Positions 11,334 to 21,526 of a stretch of 64,000 nt of DNA are shown here, one piece after another. The translations under genes and the position numbers were made by a program. The DNA lies in IMG/VR virus record IMGVR_UViG_2833005253_000001, positions 37,978-101,977 of that record, one strand, 5' to 3'. The stretch is from a virus (taxonomy: Duplodnaviria; Caudoviricetes). Below the pieces are notes generated by a model. That model saw only the letters and a program-made list of their open reading frames with translations. It was not told the DNA's origin and ran no database searches. Position 1 is the stretch's first letter. Each line of letters starts with the position of its first letter.

Positions 11334-12100
11334 ATGTCTCAGCCAACATTTAAACCAGAATTGAAACGCGAAGTAGCCCATCTGGTTATCGAACAAAATT
11401 ACCCGTTTCGTCAAGGCAGTGAAGCCATGGGTGTGAGTATCAGCGCCCTCCGTGATGGGGTGAAGCGGTCAATGAGCGAAAAAAGAGGACAAACTATTTC
11501 CCAGGGTAAAACAATGACAGCAGACCAACAACGGATTCAAGAGCTGGAAGCCAAACTCCGCAAGGTTGAACGGGAGAAAGATATCCTCAAAAAGGCTTCA
11601 TCTCTCTTAATGTCAGAGTTCCTGAACACTTCCCGTGAGTAGAGAAACTTAAGAAGAGCCATGCAGTGACACGCTGATGTCAAGTGTTTGGGATACATCG
11701 AAGCCGTTATCAATATTGGGTAAAGGGGGTTAATAGAATCAAGCCTGAACAGATAGAGTGACAAGCTCAGGTACGTCAGGAGCAAGAACGATGTCTGCCA
11801 TGGTATCAGAACGGGGTATTCCGCCAAGTCGCTACCGGGCAACGAGAGTCATGCGTCAGTTGGAACGGGTCAGCCATCAGCCACCGACTCATCAATATAA
11901 AAAGGCGAGACAGGAACATCAGGCTATTCCTGACGTGTGAGCGCGTCAGTTTTCTGTGGCTGCCCCTCATCAGATGTGACCTATCTCTGGGCAGGGAATC
12001 GTTGGACCTGTCTAGCCGTACTGATAGACCTGTTTGCACGTAAACGGACAGGATGGGCCCTCTCTTCTTCCCCAGACAGTGAATTCACCTGCAAGGCATT
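11334..12100 (+). mobile_element. IS3-family remnant (orfA plus broken orfB)
   Basis: orfA RIQELEAKLRKVEREKDILKKA; orfB fragments SDVTYLW and LAVLIDLFARK. Confidence 0.85.
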
Positions 12101-12350
12101 GTGGATGGCTGAAGACGCCGATAACGTCATTTCAGAAATGCACGCTTTACTGGAAGCGGCGGCACATCAAACCGAACACACCTTGTCATCGACCCTGGAA
12201 AAGTGGCAACAGCGTGAATTAAGGCAATTTCTTCACCGAGGCCAGACGACTTAAACATCGCCTTTTTTTGACTTTTTACTCTCACCTTTTATCGGGCGGG
12301 TTCTTTTCGCCCTTCATACGGCCTCATTCATCGGCCGTAGGCCTTGCCTA

Positions 12351-12794
12351 TTGACTGATAAGTACTTGACTATGTCTCAAACACATCCCCTGATTGCCAT
12401 CAAAGCGCACCTCATCAATGGGAAAACCGTTCAAACGGTCAATGCCCGTGACCTTTATCACTTTTTGGAAGTGCGGCTCTCGTTTTCAACCTGGATGAAA
12501 AATCACATCAACCGCTACGAATGGGTCGACAATACAGACTATCTCGTTTTTACCCATTCTGGACCTCATGCCGGACGCCCGTTCAAAGACTATGTCCTCA
12601 CCCTGGAGAAAGCGAAAGAGATGACGATGCTGACATGCACCGAAAAAGGTCACGAATTACGGGAATACTTGATGAATGTAGATAAAGAGCCTTTTGAATC
12701 GCTCAACGACCCTGCCGAATTACGTCGCCTTCTGCTGACCTACACCGACAAAGTGCGCGCTCTTGAAAACAGGTTGAACGAAATCCTGTCCTGA
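12351..12794 (+). CDS. AntA/AntB-type antirepressor
   Basis: VNARDLYHFLEV..FSTWMK..I..Y and DYVLTLEKAKE motifs. Confidence 0.82.
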   Translation: MTDKYLTMSQTHPLIAIKAHLINGKTVQTVNARDLYHFLEVRLSFSTWMKNHINRYEWVDNTDYLVFTHSGPHAGRPFKDYVLTLEKAKEMTMLTCTEKGHELREYLMNVDKEPFESLNDPAELRRLLLTYTDKVRALENRLNEILS

Positions 12795-12895
12795 CCTAAC
12801 ACCTTTGTTCTTTTTTGGCGAATTGCTCTCGCCCTCAATCTCGCCTCATTCGAATGAATGGGGTTTTTTTATCTCAATTTTAAAGGAAACACCCC

Positions 12896-13130
12896 ATGGA
12901 AATCACGCTTAAAGAGTGGAATCAAAAACAGCCTCGCCCCCGTTGCATCGAACAAGTCCGTCGATGGGTCCGCGCGGGCATCATCTACCCCGCTCCTCGT
13001 CTCGATGGCAGGGAATACCTCGTTCAGGCCAATGCCATCAAAATCAATCCCCTCAGCGTCAAACATCACACATCACACTGGACAAACCCTCATGGAAAAA
13101 ATACATGGCCCGCAAAAGAAAAACGGCTAA
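12896..13130 (+). pseudogene. xis: Lambda-like excisionase, frameshifted by a 7-bp duplication
   Basis: ITLKEWN..QPRPR..EQVRRWVR.G.I.PAP..DGREY; acatcac duplicated at 13063-13076. Confidence 0.85.
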
Positions 13131-14173
13131 TCGGGACTTGCCTCCTCATCTGTACGTTCGCAACAACGGCTACTACTGCTTACTGCTACCGAGACCCAAG
13201 GACGGGGAAAGAATATGGATTAGGAAAGGAAAAGCGAATGGCCATCAATGAAGCCATTTCCGCCAATCGGCAGATTTTTGACGCCCCTGTGAGCCTGAAC
13301 GACAGAATCAACGAAGTGAAGACGCTCTCAATGACAGAATGGATGGAACAATTTACAAAAAAATGACAGCAACGCGGGCTTCGTCCCAACACACTGAGAG
13401 ATTACCGTTTAAGATTAAAAGCCATCAACAATACTTTTGGTGACAAAGAGATTAAAAAAGTCACCACGAAAGAGATGGCAGAATTTTTGAACAGTTACCC
13501 TGAGCAGGGAAAAACCGCCACGGCAAAATTAATACGGGGAATATTGATTGACCTTTTCAATGAAGCAATCGCAGAAGGACATTTAGACAATAATCCGGCA
13601 GTGCCGACAAAGAATCCTCGCGTACAGATAAAAAGAGCCCGTTTATCTTTAGAGGAATTTTTGTTGATAAGGCAGTGCAGCCATCCCCGCTCAACTTGTA
13701 TCAAATTAGGCATGACTTTAGCGTTACTGACAGGACAAAGACTCGGAGATATCCAACAAATGCAGTGGCAAGACATTCATGATGGGAAGTGGTGGCTGAA
13801 ACAAGAAAAAACGGGCATGAAATTAGCGATACCATTAACGTTAAGTTTGGGAGCGATTCAAGAGACGTTTGAAGGCATTCTCAACGAATGTCGAAAAAAG
13901 ATAGGAGGAGAAAAATATGTTTTAATTAAAGAGGGGAAAAATAACCCTGAATATGCTCGCTTATCGGTCGGATTTAAAGAATTAAGAAAAAAATCAGATT
14001 TAAAATGGGAAGGAAAAACACCGCCTTCATTTCATGAAATCAGAAGCTTATCGGCCAGGTTGCACAGTGATGAAAAAGATAAAGAGTTTGCTCAGAAATT
14101 ATTGGGCCACAAATCGGCGAATATGACAGACCAATATCGAAACAGCAGAGGCAGTGAATGGGAGACGATTTGA
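13105..14173 (+). pseudogene. int: Lambda-like integrase, 7-bp duplication plus nonsense codon
   Basis: MARKR..NRDLPPHLY, YCYRDPRTGKEYGLG, TGQR, FHEIRSLSARL, LLGHKS; tactgct duplicated at 13174-13187; TGA at 13364. Confidence 0.9.
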
Positions 14174-14849
14174 ATTTCTTTTTTAATTTTTGGGGATTCA
14201 ATTGAGTCTCTAAAAAAGAGAGAGATGAATAAAACCATTATGAGTGAATTGTGATTTATTGTGACTTTTCTATTTTAATGTGTTGATATTTATAGCAAAT
14301 AAAATATATCACATTCGATCCTGAAATACAAACTTATTAAAAATAATTCATTTAAAATCAATTATATAACTTATTTTTTGATTAAAAAACAGGCAGTAAA
14401 AGACCATAAAATGGGATAAAAGCCGATATTTAAAGTGTGATTTAACAATGAGTTAAATTTTATTATGACCTGTGATTTTGCTCAAAATCAGGACATTCAG
14501 AGTCTTTTTTAATTTCAATCTTTGATTTTCTCCCTCATCCCCCTTTTTCACACTCTCTTTCAAGCTGACAATAAATCCATCATTTCTGTTTTGATGAGAA
14601 ACTAGAGAAAACTTGCCATCGGTCTATCTGGTTTTGCAATGAGAAGTTGCCCCAATTTATATTTGAGAGCTTATGCTATAATGGCCTATGAATGCATAGT
14701 TTACACTGAAGCAGTGTATCTCACCTCTTCAAAAAAGAGCCGTACTTTTTTCCGAGATGTCAAAACTAAGTATGTTTGAAGATGTTGTTTTTTGATTATC
14801 AATACAAACTAGAGTGCTTTTTTCAGTAATTTAGATTTTTAATGTAATT

Positions 14850-16559
14850 CTAATGTAATAACTTGGCTTCACTGACCCCCTGAACTTGTAACCCATCATC
14901 CGGTACTTCTAAATAAGCTGAAAATTGCATATTACATCCAATTTTAGAAGGATCACGAGCTATATTTAAAAATAGGTTATTACAAATAGGGATCGGTTTT
15001 TCTAACTCTATTTCATAAAATGAGACCTCTTCCTCTGAAAATGCCCCATTTTTATGGCTCCATAGACCAGTTGGCTCATCTCTGCGCATAAAATGATAAC
15101 CAAAATCATTTGCAAATAAGGCAACTAAATATGTTCCATCATTTGTCTTTTTTGGCAAATCATTTATATTCTTACTTATTAGATGCACATCTTTCCTCTG
15201 CTTTTTCCCATCTTCAATTACAGCCTCAGCAAATCCCATTTTTTTGCTTGTTCCAGAAAATAAGCCAGGGGTTGAATTAAGCCCTAATCCTTCTGGTTTG
15301 AGGCATTTCATAGCATATGCATAACAATTGTGATTTTCACCATATCCCTTATTTTTTTTAGGGTATACGCCTAGTTGACAACCTTCGTCTATTATCCAAT
15401 TATCGAGTTTAGATATATAATTATATCTGGTGGTGCAGGCCCAATTTTTATTGCTTAGATTATCTCGCTTTGATAATTTCCATTCACTTATTCTATTTAG
15501 CATTTTTTTATAATTGTCAGTGCTTTTTTCATTACAAAAGGTACGAATACTTTTTTGCATTTTTATAAATGATCGTGTTTTGATAAAGTTGGATATTAGT
15601 GATTGAGATGTTGAATCTGAAAGTAACTTGCTATCGTTTAATAATCGATTAGATGACCCACTCTCTGTTTCGTTTATTAAAGAATCAGCTGGTATGCTCC
15701 CGTTTCCAGGTTCTTGAGTACTTCTTACTTCTATAGCATTCTCTAATTCTATCTGTTTTCTTTCGTTTGTTTTATATTGATATCTCTGTGCAGAAGACGC
15801 CGAAAAGCTTGCAATTTGCTCAGTTCTCTCCTCTCTTAAATAAGCTCTATGTTTGTATTTTTGGGCCAGCTCATTTTGCTTCTGCAACTCAGTTTGTTTA
15901 TCTCGACGCAGATTTTCTTTAACACGGGCGTGATGCTCTTCAAGCCCATTAAAAGCCATAATAGTTGCGGTCCCTAAAAATCCTTCTAATGCACTCCCTT
16001 GAGTTGATGAGGTTGTCATACCTGACGTTTTACCAGCTCCTCCGTTCACAATCGTTAAAATTTGTCCCACAATTTTCCAAAATTTAGAATCCTTTGTAGG
16101 CGTTGCTAATGTTTTTAAATTGTTTAAAGCATGCATGAGCGGTTTTATTTTTTGCTTCGAGTACACCGGAAAATATGAGCGTAAGATTGAATCTTCTTTG
16201 AACATTTTATTCGTTCTTTTGTATAAATCCTGGATTGTCTTGTCGTCAAATTGTTCTGTCTTTATTGCGTTTTGAAATTCATTTTGAATATTTTCCATTT
16301 GTTCTTTACTGAGCGAAGACCCAATTCGCTTTATTTCTTCCCAAAATTTTGGAGCGTCTACTAGTCTGTTAAGCTCTTGAGAAATGAATTTCATTTGTTC
16401 CTTTTTTTGAGAGGGAATTTCAGACGAAAAAAAATCATTTCTATTCTTGATTGAAACTAATTGATTCGACATTTGTCCGGATTTTAACGAGGACAAGGTG
16501 TTATTTGGTTTGTGAATATTTATGTTTGGATTAGATGGCGTAAGATTATTAGCAAACAT
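14850..16559 (-). CDS. AT-rich 569-aa protein with C-terminal papain-like (NCYAYA..H..WSHK) domain; effector/toxin candidate
   Basis: Intact long ORF; NHNCYAYAM, GYHFMRRD, GLWSHKNG; Ser/Asn/Pro-rich N-terminus. Confidence 0.62.
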   Translation of the reverse strand: MFANNLTPSNPNINIHKPNNTLSSLKSGQMSNQLVSIKNRNDFFSSEIPSQKKEQMKFISQELNRLVDAPKFWEEIKRIGSSLSKEQMENIQNEFQNAIKTEQFDDKTIQDLYKRTNKMFKEDSILRSYFPVYSKQKIKPLMHALNNLKTLATPTKDSKFWKIVGQILTIVNGGAGKTSGMTTSSTQGSALEGFLGTATIMAFNGLEEHHARVKENLRRDKQTELQKQNELAQKYKHRAYLREERTEQIASFSASSAQRYQYKTNERKQIELENAIEVRSTQEPGNGSIPADSLINETESGSSNRLLNDSKLLSDSTSQSLISNFIKTRSFIKMQKSIRTFCNEKSTDNYKKMLNRISEWKLSKRDNLSNKNWACTTRYNYISKLDNWIIDEGCQLGVYPKKNKGYGENHNCYAYAMKCLKPEGLGLNSTPGLFSGTSKKMGFAEAVIEDGKKQRKDVHLISKNINDLPKKTNDGTYLVALFANDFGYHFMRRDEPTGLWSHKNGAFSEEEVSFYEIELEKPIPICNNLFLNIARDPSKIGCNMQFSAYLEVPDDGLQVQGVSEAKLLH

Positions 16560-16661
16560 TTTTTTCCCTAATATTATTTTAAAAGTAAATATTTTTTTAT
16601 ATTCAGTTTTTAGAGGCGTTATTCGTGTATTTTTTATTTAATTGTGGTTTATTTTTATTCG

Positions 16662-16704
16662 ATTTTATCTTCCTTTAATACAAATAAATATCAAAAATCG
16701 CTCA
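16662..16704 (-). promoter_or_regulatory. MxiE/InvF-box-like motif plus -10
   Basis: Minus strand TGAGCGATTTTTGATAT (16704-16688), 20 bp, TAAAAT (16667-16662). Confidence 0.6.
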
Positions 16705-16799
16705 TGTTTTATTTAAAAAAATAAAGGCTATAAAATCATCAACACTGCCCCCACAACCCGCTTCCAGCCGGACGCCCTTATCATCTAAGCAGTTCGGCC

Positions 16800-16912
16800 C
16801 GGTGGTCATTAAAAATGATATTGACCCCGATGGTACCTCGGGTGTCTTGCGTACTTTTCCCCCCAGTTTGTTGAGCCAAATCTCCCCATACATCTAAACG
16901 CGCACGGATTAA
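16800..16912 (-). pseudogene. Remnant 3' end of a second autotransporter gene
   Basis: Clear nucleotide similarity to 18263-18375; ends QYHF-stop. Confidence 0.78.
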
Positions 16913-18207
16913 TGTCCGCAAAAATTCCCAGAGAGCAAGATATGACACATGCCCAGCCACCAGAACTCCTGAAACAGGCTCGCAGCAGGTTCACGCAACG
17001 CGAAATAGCCGAACATGCAGGCAAGGACACCAGGACCGTAAGGCGATGGGAAAAAGGCGAAACGCCCTGTCCGTCAATGCTCGAACCCGTGTTGCGCGAC
17101 CTGCTGCAACAACCCTCAGCCAGCACAAAAAAAGTGAGCCCCCGCTTCCGCTTCATTGACCTGTTCGCCGGCATTGGCGGCATCCGTATGGGCTTCGATG
17201 CTCAGGGCGGTGAATGCGTTTTTACCAGCGAATGGAACAGGTTCTCGAAAAAGACCTACATTGAGAACTACGGCGCCCCTCATCCGTTTGTGGGTGACAT
17301 CGTTCCATATCCGGCAGAGGACGTGCCGGACCATGATGTACTGCTCGGCGGGTTCCCCTGCCAGCCGTTCAGTATTGCGGGCGTCAGCAAAAAGAATTCG
17401 CTGGGCCGCCCACATGGTTTCGAATGCACCACGCAGGGAACCCTGTTCTTTGACGTGGCCCGTATCATCGCCACCAGGCGCCCCAGGGCGTTCCTGCTGG
17501 AAAACGTCAAGAACCTGCTTTCACACAACAAGGGCCACACCTTCAACGTCATCCTGCAAACGCTCAGGGACGAGCTGGGCTATGACGTGCATTACAGGGT
17601 AATCGACGGGCAGCACTTCACACCGCAGCATCGCGAACGAATCATCATCGTCGGTTTCCACGAAAAAACGGGCTTCTCATGGGATGACCTGAAACTACCG
17701 GAAGAAGGTCCGCGCCTGGCGTCAATTCTGCACAGGACGGATGGCACAGAGCCGGTGCTCCCCTGGGATGGAGAGCGCTTTTTCGATCACGACAGGCGGG
17801 CCGTGCCGCCTCGATACACGTTGACGCCCAACCTGTGGGCCTACCTTCAGGCCTATGCAGACAAGCACCGCGCCGCCGGCAATGGGTTCGGCTTTGGTAT
17901 GGCCTATCCCGACAGTGTGACACGCACACTGTCAGCCCGGTATCACAAGGACGGGTCAGAAATCCTGGTATGGCAGGGCAGGAACAAACGGCCGAGACGC
18001 CTGACGCCACGCGAATGCGCCCGCCTGATGGGCTTCCCTGACGCTTTCCAGATACCTGTCAGTGATACACAGGCTTACCGTCAGTTCGGCAATAGCGTCG
18101 TCATGCCGGTCATGCAGGAAGTCGCCCGCATCATGACGCCCCACGTGCTGGCCCAGATCGCGCATGAACGAGACGGCACCTCACTTGCATTGCCCCTGTT
18201 TTCCTGA
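16912..18207 (+). CDS. dcm: DNA cytosine-5 methyltransferase (Dcm/EcoRII-like) with N-terminal HTH
   Basis: FIDLFAGIGG, GFPCQPFS, ENVKNL, TLSARYHKDGSEIL, YRQFGNSV; HTH FTQREIAEHAGKDTRTVRRWE. Confidence 0.93.
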   Translation: MSAKIPREQDMTHAQPPELLKQARSRFTQREIAEHAGKDTRTVRRWEKGETPCPSMLEPVLRDLLQQPSASTKKVSPRFRFIDLFAGIGGIRMGFDAQGGECVFTSEWNRFSKKTYIENYGAPHPFVGDIVPYPAEDVPDHDVLLGGFPCQPFSIAGVSKKNSLGRPHGFECTTQGTLFFDVARIIATRRPRAFLLENVKNLLSHNKGHTFNVILQTLRDELGYDVHYRVIDGQHFTPQHRERIIIVGFHEKTGFSWDDLKLPEEGPRLASILHRTDGTEPVLPWDGERFFDHDRRAVPPRYTLTPNLWAYLQAYADKHRAAGNGFGFGMAYPDSVTRTLSARYHKDGSEILVWQGRNKRPRRLTPRECARLMGFPDAFQIPVSDTQAYRQFGNSVVMPVMQEVARIMTPHVLAQIAHERDGTSLALPLFS

Positions 18208-18258
18208 TGGTTGACGTAGTAGACCGCGCGACACGTAGCCGGATGATGTCAGGCATGG
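18207..18258 (+). pseudogene. vsr: vsr very-short-patch repair endonuclease 5' stump
   Basis: MVDVVDRATRSRMMSG overlapping the dcm stop; truncated at the autotransporter end. Confidence 0.78.
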
Positions 18259-18267
18259 GCATGGCGG

Positions 18268-21200
18268 TCATTGAAAATGATATTTGATCCCGATTGTACC
18301 TCGGGTGTCCGTGTACTCTTTTGTCCCGATTTGTTGAGCCACATGGCCCCATAGATGTAAACGCGCACTGATTTTTGCGTCCACGCCCATTTTGAATTCA
18401 CCGAGGTGACGCGCCCCTTGAATCTCATACTTTCTGTCGTCCATCCTGATGGCCGTCGGCTTGGGTTGATAAATCCAGTTAGCTTCAATAAAAGGTTCAA
18501 ACTCCCGTTGTTTTCCTTCATCCTGCGGACTGTGCCCCAGCAGATGCGCCCGTAAACCCAGCCGGCCCTGCAGGTAATCCCCTCGGCCCGTCACACGGGT
18601 GCCGTTCATGTCAGTGTGGTCTTCGGGTTTGACGTTCATCCAGGTGAGCTGCGCTTTGGGCTGAACCCAAAAACTATGCAGTATTTGAGACCGGGAAACA
18701 TATTCCCCTACCTTCAACAGATATCCACTCTCCACAGACGCGGTCACCCCCCGGCTTTTGTAAGACTCCGTACGCCGCTCTTCAGGCGTCACGTCATTCT
18801 TGAACCAGTGATACAGCGCCCAGGTATCGACGTAAAAACTCAAAGGCGCTTTGGGATTCTGATACCAGGTGGCATACCCCCCTGCGCTGTAGCCGCGCAC
18901 CTTCCCTTGCGACGACATCTCATGATGACGATGATGCGCTTTGCTGTACTCATGGCCATATCCGCCCATCACGCCCAAATGATAACGGTTGAGGCCATCA
19001 GAAGACCACTGGGCGATGTCTCCGCCGAGCATCATCACATAACGGTGAGATTGCCCGTCGTTGTCAGACAGGGAAGAGGTATGATGACCTCCTGACGCCC
19101 TTATCCACATCCCAGGGACAGGGCTGTCCTCTGACAGAGCCTCGGTATACTGGGGTTCCCCCAGGCGTTCATGTAACGTCATGTGAAACATCGTATTGGC
19201 CGCGTGAAGATTCTGGGCATAGCTGAGGCTCTCAGGCCGGGCAAACCATGAGGACACCAGATACCAGTGGTTTTTGCTGCCTTCTGTCGTTCCTTTCCGT
19301 AGAGAGTACTGATAAGAGCCTGCCACGATGGGGCCGTCCTGAACAAAAGTGCCGTCAGTGCCCTCTTTGGCTTCAATCAGTCGAATGCCGCCTTTGGTGG
19401 CGCCCCCTTTTCCACCCACATTACGCACTGTCACACGGGTGGTGCCTTTGGAGGAGTCATTGATAATCAATTTATTCGCCGGTGAATCGTCGCCTTCCAG
19501 GCGGGCGTGAAACAGGATTTTCCCGGAATCGCCCTCGTAATGGTCTGTCGTGAGGGTAGAAAACGAAGCGGTGTCATGAGGGGGTTCAAAGACAATCTTT
19601 CCTGCATTATTCAGCTCTGTCACCGTGGCATTCTCCTTAAACGACCAGGTACTGCCAGAGTCCAGGGTCACTTTGGCTTTATTCCCACCCTCCGCCACAA
19701 TGTTCCCGGAGAGGGCTGTCTGGTTCAGCGTTAAATCGACTTCTCCTCCTGTCCCGGTAAAATGAATGGCATGACCACTGCCCGGCGGCGAGATAACGAC
19801 CTTGCTGAAAACCAGGTTCGTTTTTCCGCCTTTAGACACAATCAGGTCACCTGCGGCATGGAGAGACCCGCCCGTGATGGTCACTGTCGTGTCTGTGGCG
19901 CCTGTTTCCGAATACAGCACCGCGGAGGGTGTGGCCAGGGTTTGAATATGGCTGTCATGAAGATGAATCGTTGCATTTCCGTTAGTTGCTACAGCATTGG
20001 CACCTTGACCCTCTACCTTGATGTCCAAATCATTGCCTGTCACCCTGGCAGTCGCGACAATACCCCAAGCGTTGTCCCCGATACTGCTCAGGGTGCTGTT
20101 TTGGATATCCACTGTGGAATCGTCGTTAGCGTATATAGCGGTGACATTTTGCCCCTCTGCCTTGATGTCCAGATGATGGCCTGTCACCCTGGCAGTCCCC
20201 CCTGAGGAAATACCAGAAGAATTGTCCCCGTTAATGCTCAGACTACTGTCTTTGAAAGTGATCTTGGCACTGTCGAGTGCAATAATACCAGAAGAATTGT
20301 CCCCGTTAATGCTCAGGGTACTGTCCTGGATATCCACTGTGGAATTTTGGTTAGCGTTTATAGTGCTGGCATTTTGCCCCTCTAAATTGATGTCCAGATG
20401 ATGGCCTGTCACCCTGGCAGTCCCCCCTGAGGAAATACCAGAAGAATTGTCCCCGTTAATGCTCAGACTACTGTCTTTGAAAGTGATCTTGGCACTGTCG
20501 AGTGCAATAATACCAGAAGAATTGTCCCCGTTAATGCTCAGGGTACTGTCCTGGATATCCACTGTGGAATTTTGGTTAGCGTTTATAGTGCTGGCATTTT
20601 GCCCCTCTAAATTGATGTCCAGATGATGGCCTGTCACCCTGGTAGTCCCCCCTGAGGCAATACCAGAAGTGTTTTCCCCGATACTGCTCAGGGTGCTGTC
20701 TTGGATATCCACTGTGGAATTATGGTTAGCGTATATAGCGGTGACATTTTGCCCTTCTGCCTTGATGTCCAGATGATGGCCTGTCACCCTGGCAGTCCCC
20801 CCTGAGGCAATACCAGAAGAATTGCCCCCGTTAATGCTCAGGCTACTGTCTTTGAGAGTGATCTCAGCACTGTGTGCAATAGTACCAGAAGAATTGTCCC
20901 CGTTAATGCTCAGGGTACTTTTCCTAATATCCACTTTTGCCCCTGTCTCAACAGAGACCGCAATGTCGTTGGTCCCCTTCAACGTTATGTCCATATGTTT
21001 GAGTGTCAGGGTGGACTTGTCTATCGCCCAAAGACCGTAAGCGCCGCCGTCTGCTTCGGTGTCCACTGTAATTTTTTGCTTTTCAGTGCCTTCCAGCATC
21101 ACAGAGGTGCCCTCTCCGCTGGCTTTGACGGCGGTTTTTTCATTTCCACCGCTGGATAGGGACAGCGCCTGGCCGGGTTTATTATTCACCTGAGCTTTAT

Positions 21201-21357
21201 TCCTTGCCTCTATCCCCTCAAGGTAAGCCTGTTCAGTCAACTCATGGGTGCCTACTCCATCAAACACCGTTGTTTCTGAAACACTGCCCCCACTGTGTAT
21301 CAACATCGTCAGCACAGACAGCCTGAGGGTGTGCAGTGTGATTTTTTTGTATCGCAT
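18268..21357 (-). CDS. AIDA-I-like autotransporter adhesin
   Basis: N-terminal signal-like peptide, repetitive beta-helical passenger, pertactin-like LEGDDSPANKLII, beta-barrel (WIRASGG, QPKAQL, GIKYHF). Confidence 0.92.
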   Translation of the reverse strand: MRYKKITLHTLRLSVLTMLIHSGGSVSETTVFDGVGTHELTEQAYLEGIEARNKAQVNNKPGQALSLSSGGNEKTAVKASGEGTSVMLEGTEKQKITVDTEADGGAYGLWAIDKSTLTLKHMDITLKGTNDIAVSVETGAKVDIRKSTLSINGDNSSGTIAHSAEITLKDSSLSINGGNSSGIASGGTARVTGHHLDIKAEGQNVTAIYANHNSTVDIQDSTLSSIGENTSGIASGGTTRVTGHHLDINLEGQNASTINANQNSTVDIQDSTLSINGDNSSGIIALDSAKITFKDSSLSINGDNSSGISSGGTARVTGHHLDINLEGQNASTINANQNSTVDIQDSTLSINGDNSSGIIALDSAKITFKDSSLSINGDNSSGISSGGTARVTGHHLDIKAEGQNVTAIYANDDSTVDIQNSTLSSIGDNAWGIVATARVTGNDLDIKVEGQGANAVATNGNATIHLHDSHIQTLATPSAVLYSETGATDTTVTITGGSLHAAGDLIVSKGGKTNLVFSKVVISPPGSGHAIHFTGTGGEVDLTLNQTALSGNIVAEGGNKAKVTLDSGSTWSFKENATVTELNNAGKIVFEPPHDTASFSTLTTDHYEGDSGKILFHARLEGDDSPANKLIINDSSKGTTRVTVRNVGGKGGATKGGIRLIEAKEGTDGTFVQDGPIVAGSYQYSLRKGTTEGSKNHWYLVSSWFARPESLSYAQNLHAANTMFHMTLHERLGEPQYTEALSEDSPVPGMWIRASGGHHTSSLSDNDGQSHRYVMMLGGDIAQWSSDGLNRYHLGVMGGYGHEYSKAHHRHHEMSSQGKVRGYSAGGYATWYQNPKAPLSFYVDTWALYHWFKNDVTPEERRTESYKSRGVTASVESGYLLKVGEYVSRSQILHSFWVQPKAQLTWMNVKPEDHTDMNGTRVTGRGDYLQGRLGLRAHLLGHSPQDEGKQREFEPFIEANWIYQPKPTAIRMDDRKYEIQGARHLGEFKMGVDAKISARLHLWGHVAQQIGTKEYTDTRGTIGIKYHFQ
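20020..20930 (-). repeat. Intragenic tandem repeats (75-bp rungs; near-perfect 225-bp blocks)
   Basis: gatgtccagatgatggcctgtcaccctgg at 20164, 20389, 20614, 20764. Confidence 0.92.
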
Positions 21358-21526
21358 TGTTTTTCACTCTGGTTGGAAGGGATGGGCTCGTGATGGATGT
21401 CGCGTCATACAGACTGATTAATATATTGACCAATTCAATAATTAAATAAGCTTTTACAAAAAAGTCAAATTTCTAATGAGCAAAAGGAGGGAACAGATGA
21501 GGGGTTTTTTTGAGGCGATTTTCATC

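Noticed and set aside
12896-13366. Genuine Xis-Int fusion protein
   Set aside because: It is a by-product of two 7-bp duplications and ends at a nonsense codon.
16912-18258. Complete restriction-modification system
   Set aside because: No endonuclease gene is present; vsr is only a stump.
16800-18375. Diversity-generating retroelement TR/VR pair
   Set aside because: No reverse transcriptase in the window; differences are not adenine-specific and include indels.
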